Of a DNA stretch of 64,000 bases, positions 41,477-50,909 are shown one piece after another. Source of the DNA: Spirochaetota bacterium (lineage in GTDB: Bacteria; Spirochaetota; UBA12135; COTS27; CBDBHE01); assembly GCA_965205605.1 (NCBI GenBank), contig CBDBHE010000008.1, positions 64,001 through 128,000 of the forward strand. The letters are read 5' to 3'. Below the pieces are notes generated by a model that was not told where the DNA came from, did not search any database, and saw nothing but the letters and a program-made list of their open reading frames with translations. The first letter of the stretch is position 1; every line of letters begins with the position of its first letter. The position numbers and the translations under genes are program-made.

Positions 41477-42241
41477 CTAAATATTAAAAGACTTAACCAC
41501 TTGAAGCGTAATAAGATGCCAACCATCTACCAATACAAAAAGAATGATTTTAAAAGGAAGTGATATCATTACCGGAGGCACCATAATCATTCCCATAGAC
41601 ATCAAAATACTAGCAACAATCATATCAATGACAATAAATGGAATAAATAAATAAACCCCTATTTTAAAAGCAATTGTAATTTCACTAATAATAAAAGCAG
41701 GGATTAAAGAAATCATATTCACTTCTTTTTCATTACTAGGTCTTTCATTTCCACTTAAATAAATAAAAAGATCAATGTCTTTTTCTCTTGTTTGCCTTAA
41801 CATAAAATCCTTGATAGGAGAAATCGATTTCTCAAAAAAATCAGCTGTTTTGATCTTTTTTTGACTATAAGGAAGATAAGCTTCATTGTAAACACGTGTG
41901 AAAGTAGGTGCCATAATAAAAAAAGTAATAAATAAAGCCAATCCCAAAATAACCTGATTGGGAGGTTCTTGCTGAAGCGATAAGGCTCTTTGAATAAATT
42001 TCAAAACAATAGAAACTCTTATAAATGAAGTCATCATAATAATAATCGAAGGAGCAATACTTAAAATCGTTAATAAAAGAAGAACCTGTAAAGCAACTGA
42101 AACTTCCCCTTGATTCTTAGCTGATCTAAGGCCAATATCAAAAAAAGGAATAGGAAATTGCTGAGAAAAAACACTTCCCCAAAGTAAAAAGAAAAAAATA
42201 AATGAAAGCTTAAACCAATTAAGCTTTTTTTTAAAAACCAT
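41477..42241 (-). CDS. fliP: Flagellar export protein FliP
   Basis: 'LTILSIAPSI..MMTSF.R', 'PPNQV', 'LIPAF.ISE', 'MGM.MVPP..ISLPFK', 'DGW'. Confidence 0.97.
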   Translation of the reverse strand: MVFKKKLNWFKLSFIFFFLLWGSVFSQQFPIPFFDIGLRSAKNQGEVSVALQVLLLLTILSIAPSIIIMMTSFIRVSIVLKFIQRALSLQQEPPNQVILGLALFITFFIMAPTFTRVYNEAYLPYSQKKIKTADFFEKSISPIKDFMLRQTREKDIDLFIYLSGNERPSNEKEVNMISLIPAFIISEITIAFKIGVYLFIPFIVIDMIVASILMSMGMIMVPPVMISLPFKIILFVLVDGWHLITLQVVKSFNI

Positions 42242-42295
42242 AACCCCTCCCAAAATTATAAATTACTTATTTTTAAAAATTTAGCAAACTCATTT

Positions 42296-42958
42296 TTATA
42301 TCTTCCAAAGCCCTTTTCGAATTCGTTTAGTGATATCTATAGGAGATCCTCCTCGGACCACCCCATACCTTGAAAAAACATCTTTAAAAAACGTCTTTTT
42401 ATTTTCTGTTTTACTAGCTTCAAGTTTAAACGCATCTACCATTTCTTTATCTTCTACTTTCTCAATTAAACTCATATTATCTTGACTCATCGCAAACAAA
42501 TAAAAACTATTAACAATTTGAACAACAGTAAGCTGCTTATTAGGTCCCATAAAATAATTTTTTACAACACGAAACAACCCTTCTTCTTGATTCAAATTAG
42601 TCTTCAAAAATCGATAACGAAACAAAAAATAAAGAAGAAAAATAATACCAATTAAAACAAAAAAAACAAAAAATAAGCGAAAAAGTAAGTATAAATAAGA
42701 AGGATTCTTTCTTTTTTCTTTAGTAGGATCTCGATAATAAGGGTCTCTATTTTCCGTCTTATTTTCTTCAGGTTTTTTAAAATCAACCCTACCTGTTTTC
42801 AATGATTCTTTTTTTTTAAACTCATTACTTAAAGCATTAGCCGTTTTTTCTTTTTTTAAAACTTCCTCTCCATAAGAACTACTTAAAAGAATAAAGAAAA
42901 AAATAACAAAAAAAGAAAGTGAAAAATCATAAAAAACTCTTTGAAATAAATTTGACAT
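42296..42958 (-). CDS. fliO: Flagellar protein FliO/FliZ
   Basis: TM followed by 'MGPNKQLTVVQI..FYLFAMSQDNMSLI'; directly upstream of fliP. Confidence 0.8.
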   Translation of the reverse strand: MSNLFQRVFYDFSLSFFVIFFFILLSSSYGEEVLKKEKTANALSNEFKKKESLKTGRVDFKKPEENKTENRDPYYRDPTKEKRKNPSYLYLLFRLFFVFFVLIGIIFLLYFLFRYRFLKTNLNQEEGLFRVVKNYFMGPNKQLTVVQIVNSFYLFAMSQDNMSLIEKVEDKEMVDAFKLEASKTENKKTFFKDVFSRYGVVRGGSPIDITKRIRKGLWKI

Positions 42959-43052
42959 TTCGAATCCTATCTTGAATTTTTTTAAAATTCAATTTATTTT
43001 GAAAAAATTATAAAAAAAAATAATTTTTTTTCCTTTAATTACTTTTTCTCAA

Positions 43053-43778
43053 CTATTTCAAAGGGGAGGAATCAAAAAAATTCTTACCTTTTAATGTTTT
43101 TGAATAGTTATTTTTAATAAATTCTAAAATATTCTTACTTTTTTGAAGCCTTCCTAGTTTTTTATAAACAAAATAAAGTAATATAGTTCTATCAATACTC
43201 CTTAAATTACTTTTTTCTGCATATTTCAAACTTAACGTATAATTCTTTTGACGGTAGTTAATTTCAGACAAAACTAAATAAGCTTTAGATACTTCTTTTT
43301 TAAATTTATTTTTATTTACTTTTGCTAAAAATTTTTTTAAGTAACGATCTGCTTCTTTATCTCTCTTTAAATCAAAATCAATGAGGCCCATATAAAAAAA
43401 ACCCAAAGGAGAAGTCACTTTTTTAAACCATTGATAAGCTTGTTTAACTTCATGCTGATCATATAAAACCCAAGCTTTTAAAAAACAAATTCTAGAAAAA
43501 GGCTTTTTATTTTTTTTAAGATAAATCTCAATAAAAGATTTTTTAGTATTTAAAATAGGAATATCTTCAATGAGCTTCGCTGAAAGATAGTGATAATTAG
43601 ATATTTTTAAAAAACGATAGTGATGCTTTTCATAGTATTTTTCTAAATAAAAGTATTGCCTATTTTTTAATAATCGAATAACATTATTTGAAAAAATGCC
43701 AAAATTCCTTGGTGGGAAGCTATAAAGCTTATCAAATAAAAATACAAAAACTAATAATAATAAAGCTTTTTTAAACAT
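43053..43778 (-). CDS. Exported TPR-like hypothetical protein
   Basis: Signal-peptide-like start (ATG 43778 overlapping the thrS stop); 'FFYMGLI......EA..YL', 'AYLVLSEI.Y....Y..S..Y' TPR-like helices. Confidence 0.6.
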   Translation of the reverse strand: MFKKALLLLVFVFLFDKLYSFPPRNFGIFSNNVIRLLKNRQYFYLEKYYEKHHYRFLKISNYHYLSAKLIEDIPILNTKKSFIEIYLKKNKKPFSRICFLKAWVLYDQHEVKQAYQWFKKVTSPLGFFYMGLIDFDLKRDKEADRYLKKFLAKVNKNKFKKEVSKAYLVLSEINYRQKNYTLSLKYAEKSNLRSIDRTILLYFVYKKLGRLQKSKNILEFIKNNYSKTLKGKNFFDSSPLK

Positions 43779-45696
43779 TAAAAGAAGGATCAATAGAACG
43801 ATCAATCACCATTTTACAACATTCCTTTATAAAAAAATACTTCTTTAAATCAAAAATTTGTTTCCCTGAAGGCATTCTAAGACTGACAGTTTGGTTACTT
43901 GCTTCTTTTTCACCTATAATCAAAAAACATGGTATTTTAGAAAGTTGGGCATCTCTAATTTTTTTTTTAAGAGTTTCTTCTCTCAAATCTATCACCGGTC
44001 TTAATCGATGATTTAAAAAATCTTGAAAAAGCTCCTTGGCATAAGAGTCAAATTTTTTACTCACAGTCAAAATAGCTATTTGCTCTGGGGCCATCCAAAA
44101 AGGAAATTTTCCTCCATATTTTTCAATTAAAAGAGCAATCGTTCTTTCATAACAACCAATCGAAGAGCGATGAATCACAACAGGATGCTTTTCTTTTCCA
44201 TCCTCATTTATATAAGTCATGTTAAAGCGAGGAGGAAGAGCAAAATCAATTTGTACCGTCATAATGGTATCTTCTTTTCCGTAAACATTCTTCATTTGAA
44301 TATCAAGCTTAGGGCCATAAAAAGCAGCCTCTCCCTTAGCTTCTTCAAAAGTAAGCTTTTTTTTATTTAAAATATCTCTCATAATAGTTTGTGTTTTTTC
44401 CCAAGTCATTTGATCATCAATATACTTAGAACGTTCATTAGGATCCCATTTAGAAAAACGATACGAATAGTCATTCAAATCAAGCGTCTTTAAAATAAAC
44501 TGAATCAAGTCTAAACTATCTCCAAATTCTTTCTCTAGTTGATCCAAGCGACAAATAATGTGTCCATCAGAAAGAGTAAATTGACGTATACGTGTCAATC
44601 CATGCATTTCACCAGAAGATTCATTTCTAAATAAAAAGCTCGTTTCTGCATAACGAATAGGAAGCTCTCTATACGAATGTTTATTAGTGTTATAAATAGC
44701 AAAATGAAATGGACATGTCATAGGCCTAAGAGCCATTTTTTCTTCTTCAAGTATAAACATGCTTTCTTTATACAAATTCCAATGTCTTGAAATTTTATAA
44801 AGGTCACTTTTAGCAAGAAAAGGAGTCGCTGTATACAAATAACCTCTTCTGCGTTCTTCTTCTTCTACAAACTGAACAAGAATATTTTTCAAAACTGCCC
44901 CTTTAGGGGTCAAAAGAGGCAACCCTTGTCCAATCATTTCATCTGTAAAAAAAAGCCCCATTTCTTTTCCAACCTTAACGTGATCATTCTCTTCAGCTTT
45001 TTTTCTTTTTTGAAGATAGTCATCTAATTGTTGTTTCTTTGAAAAACTAGTTGCATACAATCTCACAAGCATTGGATTAGAAGATTTTCCCCTCCAATAA
45101 GCACCTGCTAGTTTAAGAAGCTTAAAAGCTTTAATGTATCCTGTATGAGGTAAGTGGGGGCCTTTACAAAGATCAATAAAATCTCCCATTTTATAATAAG
45201 TGATCACTTTTTTTTCCAACAGATTTTTAAGAATCTCTACTTTATAAGGTTCTTTTTTAAAAAAAGACATTGCTTCTTTTCTGGAAATTTCATGCCTAGA
45301 AAAAGGAAGATTATTTGAAATGATTTTTTCCATTTCCTTTTCAATGGCTAAAAAATTACCTGATTTTAATTGGACTCCATCAAAATCATAATAAAAACCA
45401 CTTTCAATAGCAGGGCCAATTGCAAACTTCACTTTAGGGTACAATTTTTGTATAGCAAACGCCATTACATGCGCTGAAGAATGATGTAATATCGATACCG
45501 ATTTGGGGTCTTCCAAAGTCAAAATATCTAGTGTCCCAGAAGAATTAATAGGGGTCATCAAATCAATAAGGACTTCATTAAAAATAGCACCTATTGCCTT
45601 TTTTTTAAATTGAGGAGAAACATCAAAAGCAATCTTTCCAGCAGTTACTCCTTCACTATATCGTTTCAAACTCCCATCTTTTAGCGTAATGTTCAT
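43771..45696 (-). CDS. thrS: Threonine--tRNA ligase
   Basis: TGS domain, 'HSSAH', 'DLCKGPH', 'GAYWRG', 'LRPMTCP.H', 'AAFYGPKLD', 'IHR'. Confidence 0.97.
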   Translation of the reverse strand: MNITLKDGSLKRYSEGVTAGKIAFDVSPQFKKKAIGAIFNEVLIDLMTPINSSGTLDILTLEDPKSVSILHHSSAHVMAFAIQKLYPKVKFAIGPAIESGFYYDFDGVQLKSGNFLAIEKEMEKIISNNLPFSRHEISRKEAMSFFKKEPYKVEILKNLLEKKVITYYKMGDFIDLCKGPHLPHTGYIKAFKLLKLAGAYWRGKSSNPMLVRLYATSFSKKQQLDDYLQKRKKAEENDHVKVGKEMGLFFTDEMIGQGLPLLTPKGAVLKNILVQFVEEEERRRGYLYTATPFLAKSDLYKISRHWNLYKESMFILEEEKMALRPMTCPFHFAIYNTNKHSYRELPIRYAETSFLFRNESSGEMHGLTRIRQFTLSDGHIICRLDQLEKEFGDSLDLIQFILKTLDLNDYSYRFSKWDPNERSKYIDDQMTWEKTQTIMRDILNKKKLTFEEAKGEAAFYGPKLDIQMKNVYGKEDTIMTVQIDFALPPRFNMTYINEDGKEKHPVVIHRSSIGCYERTIALLIEKYGGKFPFWMAPEQIAILTVSKKFDSYAKELFQDFLNHRLRPVIDLREETLKKKIRDAQLSKIPCFLIIGEKEASNQTVSLRMPSGKQIFDLKKYFFIKECCKMVIDRSIDPSFNV

Positions 45697-45738
45697 ATCT
45701 ATGTTATTAATTTTCTATTACTTTTTAATTTTTTTTTA

Positions 45739-46386
45739 TTACTTGTTTTCAAAATAATTTTTAATTTTAATCTCTAAAGTTTTACTAAGTAATGAATATT
45801 TTTTCATATAACTAATAATATCAGTAACTCTAAGTAAAGAATAGAAAGGAATTTGATATTCTTCCCAAAGCTCTAAAACAGCATTTTTATTTTTTCCTTT
45901 TTCTTGTCTGTCTACAAGAACTACAATTGCCTCAATATCAACGTTTCCTTTAATTTTCAAAAATTCAATCGCCTCAATTAAAGATCCTCCCGAAGTAATC
46001 ACGTCATCTACAATCACTACTTTTTCTTTAACAGTAGGCATTTTTCCAACAAAGAAACCTACATCTCCATGGGTTTTCTTTTCTTTGCGATTAAAAAGAT
46101 AAGATGTTTTTTCCCCAAATTCTGTAAAAAGAAAAGAAGCAATTGAAATACAAAGCGGTATTCCTTTATAAGCTGGTCCATAAACACAAGAAATACTTTC
46201 TAATTTTTGATGAATAAAAGCGCCATAAAATGAAGCAATTTTATAAAGATTTTTAGCCTCAAAGAAACAGGCCGTATTAATAAAATAAGGAGACAAACGC
46301 CCGCTCTTAGTTTTGAAATTTCCAAATTGTACGGCTTTAGTTTCAATTAAAAACTTAATGAGTGTTTCTTTTTCTTCTAAAATCAA
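45739..46386 (-). CDS. pyrE: Orotate phosphoribosyltransferase
   Basis: 'FGNFKTKSGR.SPYFIN', 'GPAYKGIP', 'NRKEKK.HG', 'IVDDVITSG'. Confidence 0.96.
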   Translation of the reverse strand: MILEEKETLIKFLIETKAVQFGNFKTKSGRLSPYFINTACFFEAKNLYKIASFYGAFIHQKLESISCVYGPAYKGIPLCISIASFLFTEFGEKTSYLFNRKEKKTHGDVGFFVGKMPTVKEKVVIVDDVITSGGSLIEAIEFLKIKGNVDIEAIVVLVDRQEKGKNKNAVLELWEEYQIPFYSLLRVTDIISYMKKYSLLSKTLEIKIKNYFENK

Positions 46387-46426
46387 ACCAGGTACAACTA
46401 AAATATTTTTATATAAAAAAATGCTT

Positions 46427-47332
46427 TTATTTCTTAAAAAATTGAACTAAATGTTTTAAAAAAAAATCATCTGCTAGTAAATCAATGAAATCAATTTTCA
46501 TTTGTACAAAGTCTTTCTTTAATTTTTTTAAACGTGTTTTATTTTTTAACATTTGTTTTTTAAAAAAAAAAGAAGAAGTATCTACTAAAATTTTCTTAGA
46601 AGTTTCTAAATCTTCAAGAGAAAGTAGTCCCACAGAAGGCATTTCAAGCTCCCTTTGATCATAAATACGAATAGCGACTAAATTTTGAAAACGACTTAAA
46701 TAACTTAAAACTTCAATTTCTTTGGAATTAATTAAATAATCCGATATAAAAAAAATCAAACTTTTTTTTTTATGAACTTTTTTTATAAAATCAACAACTA
46801 CTGAAAAATTAGTTTTTTTACTTTTTGGTTTGAAAGATAAAATTTCTTTTATGATTCTAAGGACATACTTTCTTCCTTTCTTAGGAGGAAGAAAAATTTC
46901 TACGGTATCTGTAAAAATAATAAGACCTACTTTATCATTATTTTTAATTGCCGAAAAAGCTAAAATAGCTGCAATTCTAGCACCTATTTTTGATTTGAAA
47001 TAACGCTGTGTCCCAAATTGATTAGAAGCAGATCCATCAAAAGCAATGATACTAATAAGCTCTCTTTCTTCTTCATAAACTTTAGTATGAGGAGTCCCTA
47101 CTCTAGCAGTAACTTTCCAATCAATATCACGCAAATCATCCCCATATAAATACTCTCTTACTTCACTAAAATCAATTCCTCTTTTTTTAAAATAAGACCG
47201 ATATTCTCCTAAAAAAGTAGTGTTAACAATTTTTTTAGCTTGAATCTCAATGGCAGGGATTTCTTTTAAAATATCCTCATTAATAAAAGAATATTCTTTT
47301 TTTTTAGATTGCTTTAAATCAGAAAAAATCAT
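46427..47332 (-). CDS. DUF58 family protein (MoxR-associated)
   Basis: 'GIDFSEVREY..GDD.R.IDWKVTAR', 'KVYEEERE', 'D.S.S..FG', 'ISD'. Confidence 0.93.
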   Translation of the reverse strand: MIFSDLKQSKKKEYSFINEDILKEIPAIEIQAKKIVNTTFLGEYRSYFKKRGIDFSEVREYLYGDDLRDIDWKVTARVGTPHTKVYEEERELISIIAFDGSASNQFGTQRYFKSKIGARIAAILAFSAIKNNDKVGLIIFTDTVEIFLPPKKGRKYVLRIIKEILSFKPKSKKTNFSVVVDFIKKVHKKKSLIFFISDYLINSKEIEVLSYLSRFQNLVAIRIYDQRELEMPSVGLLSLEDLETSKKILVDTSSFFFKKQMLKNKTRLKKLKKDFVQMKIDFIDLLADDFFLKHLVQFFKK

Positions 47333-47379
47333 TTTTTCAAAAAAAATTGAAAATTAAATAAAACGATAATTCTCAAAAA

Positions 47380-48354
47380 TCAAGGGGTTTTAACTGTATC
47401 TAAAATTGTTTTAATAATATCTTCAGTTTTTTTTCCTTGTGCTTCAGCTTCATAACTTAAGGTAATTCGATGTCTTAAAACATCTAAAGCAACCGATTTG
47501 ACATCTTCTGTTGTAACAAAGTTTTCTCCTTGTATAAAAGCAAAAGCTTTAGCTGCATATGTTAAATAAATTGAAGCCCTCGGAGAAGCTCCATAAGTAA
47601 TAAAAGAAGGATCGATCCCTACTGTTTCCGGAAATCGAGTCGCATAAACAATATCAATAATATAATCAATTAAACGTTCATCTATATATAAATTTTTAAC
47701 TAATGTTCTAAAAAACATAATATCTTTAGAAGATAAAATTTTCCTAATAGATTTAAAATCTAAAGAAAAAGCTCGCTTAATAATTTCCTTTTCTTCCTCT
47801 TGACTCACGTAATCAAGCATTACTTTTAACATAAAACGATCCATTTGAGCTTCTGGTAAAGGGTAAGTGCCTTCTTGTTCCATAGGGTTTTGAGTTGCCA
47901 TAACAATATAGGGCTGATTTAATAAAAAAGTCTTATCTCCAATTGTGATTTGTTTTTCTTCCATTGCTTCTAAAAGAGCAGACTGTACTTTAGAAGGTGC
48001 TCTATTAATTTCATCAGCTAAAACAACATTACTAAACAAAGGTCCTTTTTTAAGATAAAACTCACCTATTTTTTGATTATAAACTTCTACGCCAAGAATA
48101 TCAGAAGGCAACAAATCAGAAGTAAATTGAATACGAGTAAAGTCTAAATCCAAAATTTTAGAAAAAGTCTTTATAGCCATTGTTTTTGCTAAACCGGGGA
48201 CGCCTTCTAGTAAAACATGACCTCCAACAAAAAGAGCAATGAGCATTTTGGTTAATAAGTCTTCTTGAGCCACAATAACCTTTTGGTATTCTTTAAAAAT
48301 GGCTTGAATTTGATCGAAATGCTCGAGGGGTAGCAGCTTCTTTTTTTCTAACAT
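47380..48354 (-). CDS. moxR: MoxR-family AAA+ ATPase
   Basis: 'HVLLEGVPGLAKT', 'RIQFT.DLLPSD', 'LADEINRAP.KVQSALLEAM', 'ATQNP.EQEGTYPLPEAQMDRF', 'GASPRA'. Confidence 0.95.
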   Translation of the reverse strand: MLEKKKLLPLEHFDQIQAIFKEYQKVIVAQEDLLTKMLIALFVGGHVLLEGVPGLAKTMAIKTFSKILDLDFTRIQFTSDLLPSDILGVEVYNQKIGEFYLKKGPLFSNVVLADEINRAPSKVQSALLEAMEEKQITIGDKTFLLNQPYIVMATQNPMEQEGTYPLPEAQMDRFMLKVMLDYVSQEEEKEIIKRAFSLDFKSIRKILSSKDIMFFRTLVKNLYIDERLIDYIIDIVYATRFPETVGIDPSFITYGASPRASIYLTYAAKAFAFIQGENFVTTEDVKSVALDVLRHRITLSYEAEAQGKKTEDIIKTILDTVKTP

Positions 48355-48420
48355 CCTAAAAAAGAATCCTTATTTAAAAATCAAAAAACATTTAAAGAAA
48401 ATATTTTTTAAAAAAAATCG

Positions 48421-48753
48421 TTATTTAAAAGAGTTGATTGCTGACTCTTGAGTGTCATAGATTTTAAAAAAAAGATCTAATTTTGTAAGGGAAAAAATTT
48501 TTTTAACGGTTTCATGAATTTCACAGATTTTCAAAACTCCACCTTCTTTTTTTACTTCAGAAAAACTAGTAATCAAAGCACCAATTCCCGAGCTGTCAAT
48601 ATACGTTGTTTCTTTTAAATTAATAATAATATTTTTACTTTTCTCGATTTCACCCCTAAGGACTTCTTTAAGTGTAGCAACACTATAAAGATCTACTTCA
48701 CCACTAATCAAGACCACTGCTATGTCATTTGATTTTTTAGTTTTAATATCCAC
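48421..48753 (-). CDS. STAS-domain anti-sigma-factor antagonist
   Basis: 'GEVDLY', 'YIDSSGIGALI' with the phosphorylatable Ser; 110 aa. Confidence 0.92.
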   Translation of the reverse strand: MDIKTKKSNDIAVVLISGEVDLYSVATLKEVLRGEIEKSKNIIINLKETTYIDSSGIGALITSFSEVKKEGGVLKICEIHETVKKIFSLTKLDLFFKIYDTQESAINSFK

Positions 48754-48798
48754 AATTACGCTCTCATTTTAGCAAAAACATTTTAAACATTATACTAT

Positions 48799-49038
48799 TT
48801 AATTGAATTTATTTTTTTTCTGAATATTTTTAACATCTTTTAAACGATTAAAATCGCTATTCACTGCTTCTTGCATTTGTTGCTTAACGCTTTCATAAAT
48901 TTCCTTTCGATTCACAGCAATAGATTTAGGGGCTTTAATGCCTAATTTTACCTGATCATGACTAACATCAATAATAAAAATTTCAATATTATCACCGATA
49001 ATAATGCTCTGATTTTTTTTTCTTGCTAAAACTAACAT
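48799..49038 (-). CDS. csrA: Carbon storage regulator CsrA
   Basis: 'MLVLARK..QSI.IGD.I', 'VKLGIKAP', 'RKEIY'. Confidence 0.96.
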   Translation of the reverse strand: MLVLARKKNQSIIIGDNIEIFIIDVSHDQVKLGIKAPKSIAVNRKEIYESVKQQMQEAVNSDFNRLKDVKNIQKKNKFN

Positions 49039-49051
49039 ACATACCTCTCTT

Positions 49052-49072
49052 TTAAAAGTATCCTCCTTTTAA
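49052..49072 (-). promoter_or_regulatory. GGA-loop hairpin (candidate CsrA-binding site) just upstream of the csrA RBS
   Basis: mRNA sense UUAAAAG-GAGGAUA-CUUUUAA: 7-bp stem with GGA in a 7-nt loop, followed by AGAGAGGUAUGU-AUG. Confidence 0.45.
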
Positions 49073-49106
49073 TTTATAAATATCATAGTATATTTTAATT
49101 TTTTTG

Positions 49107-49574
49107 TTAAACGATGTTTTTTCTTTTAATGTAATTTTTTCCCCCTTCTTCTTCTTCTTCTAAAAGACTGTGCTTAGTTGTGTGATTTTCACTCTTTGAA
49201 ACCACTTGTTTAGCTTTTTTATTACTAACATTAATAACAATAGGCCCTAAAAAATTAACTGTCACTTTCTTAACATCTGTTGGAATAGTTACAATCACAA
49301 GACTAGCAATATCTTTCTTACTTTTTAAATTTAAACTTTCAATATCATTTTTATCAATTATGAGCTCATAATCACTAACAACATCAGTTGGGTTACAAAC
49401 AACAAAAGTAATATCTGCATCTTCTAGAGACTGCAAATATTGAAAAATCCCTTCCTTATCACTAACAAGCACATATTCTTTTAACCCCTCAAAACCAAAA
49501 AGTCCTTCTTCAAAAGATAGAATGCTCTCTTTAGAATACTCTATATAACCTAATTTAGTAGATTTATACTTCAT
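49107..49574 (-). CDS. fliW: Flagellar assembly factor FliW
   Basis: 'F.EGLFGFE', 'LQSLED...F.V.NP', 'T.N..GP.VIN', 'KQV'; upstream of csrA. Confidence 0.94.
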   Translation of the reverse strand: MKYKSTKLGYIEYSKESILSFEEGLFGFEGLKEYVLVSDKEGIFQYLQSLEDADITFVVCNPTDVVSDYELIIDKNDIESLNLKSKKDIASLVIVTIPTDVKKVTVNFLGPIVINVSNKKAKQVVSKSENHTTKHSLLEEEEEGGKNYIKRKNIV

Positions 49575-49623
49575 TTATTATACTCCATAAATTTAAATAT
49601 TACTAATAAAATATTACTTTATT

Positions 49624-50877
49624 TTACAAATAGTCCATTAAAGTCGGCTGAATATACTTTGAAGCTGTCATTAACGAAATACGATGTACATTTTGAAGCT
49701 GATTTAATTGCATTGAAGCTTCAGCAATATCCATATCTTCGTTTTTTGAAAGGCGTTCAGTCACCTGCACTTTTTCTAAACTATAAGATTTTTCTAAAAA
49801 ATTTAATCTTTCTTGAAGGGCTGATATCTTAGATTGATTTCTAAGTAAATTGTTAAGGCCTTCAGAAACACTATTGAGATTTTTTCCAGAAATCTCTTGA
49901 GGTCGATTATAAATCAAGCTATCTCTTAATTGTATAATCGCATCAAAAATTGATCCCGTACTTTCAATTGTATTAGGATTGATATTACGTCCTGGAAATT
50001 GAGAATTTTTACCTTCTCTAATGATTCCCAAATTTTGTAGAACATTCCCTCCATAAATATCTTCTAAAGTAATTTGATGGGGGTAATTAGATTCAATAGA
50101 AAAAACAACATTACCATTTTCAAGAGATCTTTTAAAAGCAGTTACACTTGAAACATTTCGATTGATAGATGCAATAATGGCATCTAAATTATCTCCTTGT
50201 GAAATAGAAACTTCCTTCCCATCAATACGAATGGTTTGGTCCGTCCCAGCAATATAATTTTGAGCATCTGACAAACCCACAATCACATGTTGCTCTGCCC
50301 AAAAAACTTCATTCCCAGGCAATCCAACTGATACCATTTCTCCTTTTCCTATTTCTCTTATCGACTCCCGATGGTCACCAAGGTATTCAACTTTTTCAAC
50401 AACAGAAAGGCCTACTTCCGTAACGGTTCTTTCAGTAAAAGCAAAAGGTTTCGTTTGATCACTTGTACCAGAATACAAGTAAAAATCATCAAATTTAGTA
50501 TTTGAAGCATGGATCATTTCTCGAAGAAGTTCTTCAACTTCGATGCCCATTTTTTCTCTATCGCTAGGTGAATAAATTCCATTACTTCCCTGAACAGCAA
50601 GCTCTCTTATGCGTTGCATAACATCAACACCATGAAGCATCTTGTCATGAGAGAGATTAATATAATCTTTAGAATCTAAAATATTTTTTTCATATTGCTT
50701 AATATGATTTAAACGAGTACGATTATAAATACTGTTGATTGTTTCGATAGGGTTATCACTAACACGAAGATTTTTTCTCCCCGTTGCCATTTGAGTCTGT
50801 TTTTTTTCCATTTTCGAATAATTTTTTTGAACATTATCAATTAAATTTTTTTTAACACTAAAATTAGAAATTCTCAT
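49624..50877 (-). CDS. flgL: Flagellar hook-associated protein 3 FlgL
   Basis: 'QMATG.K....SDNP', 'QRIRELAVQGSNG', C-terminal 'ED.DIAEA', 'QPTLMDYL'; follows flgK. Confidence 0.94.
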   Translation of the reverse strand: MRISNFSVKKNLIDNVQKNYSKMEKKQTQMATGRKNLRVSDNPIETINSIYNRTRLNHIKQYEKNILDSKDYINLSHDKMLHGVDVMQRIRELAVQGSNGIYSPSDREKMGIEVEELLREMIHASNTKFDDFYLYSGTSDQTKPFAFTERTVTEVGLSVVEKVEYLGDHRESIREIGKGEMVSVGLPGNEVFWAEQHVIVGLSDAQNYIAGTDQTIRIDGKEVSISQGDNLDAIIASINRNVSSVTAFKRSLENGNVVFSIESNYPHQITLEDIYGGNVLQNLGIIREGKNSQFPGRNINPNTIESTGSIFDAIIQLRDSLIYNRPQEISGKNLNSVSEGLNNLLRNQSKISALQERLNFLEKSYSLEKVQVTERLSKNEDMDIAEASMQLNQLQNVHRISLMTASKYIQPTLMDYL

Positions 50878-50909
50878 TTTTCTCCTCCTGCTTTAAAAAA
50901 TGATTAAGC

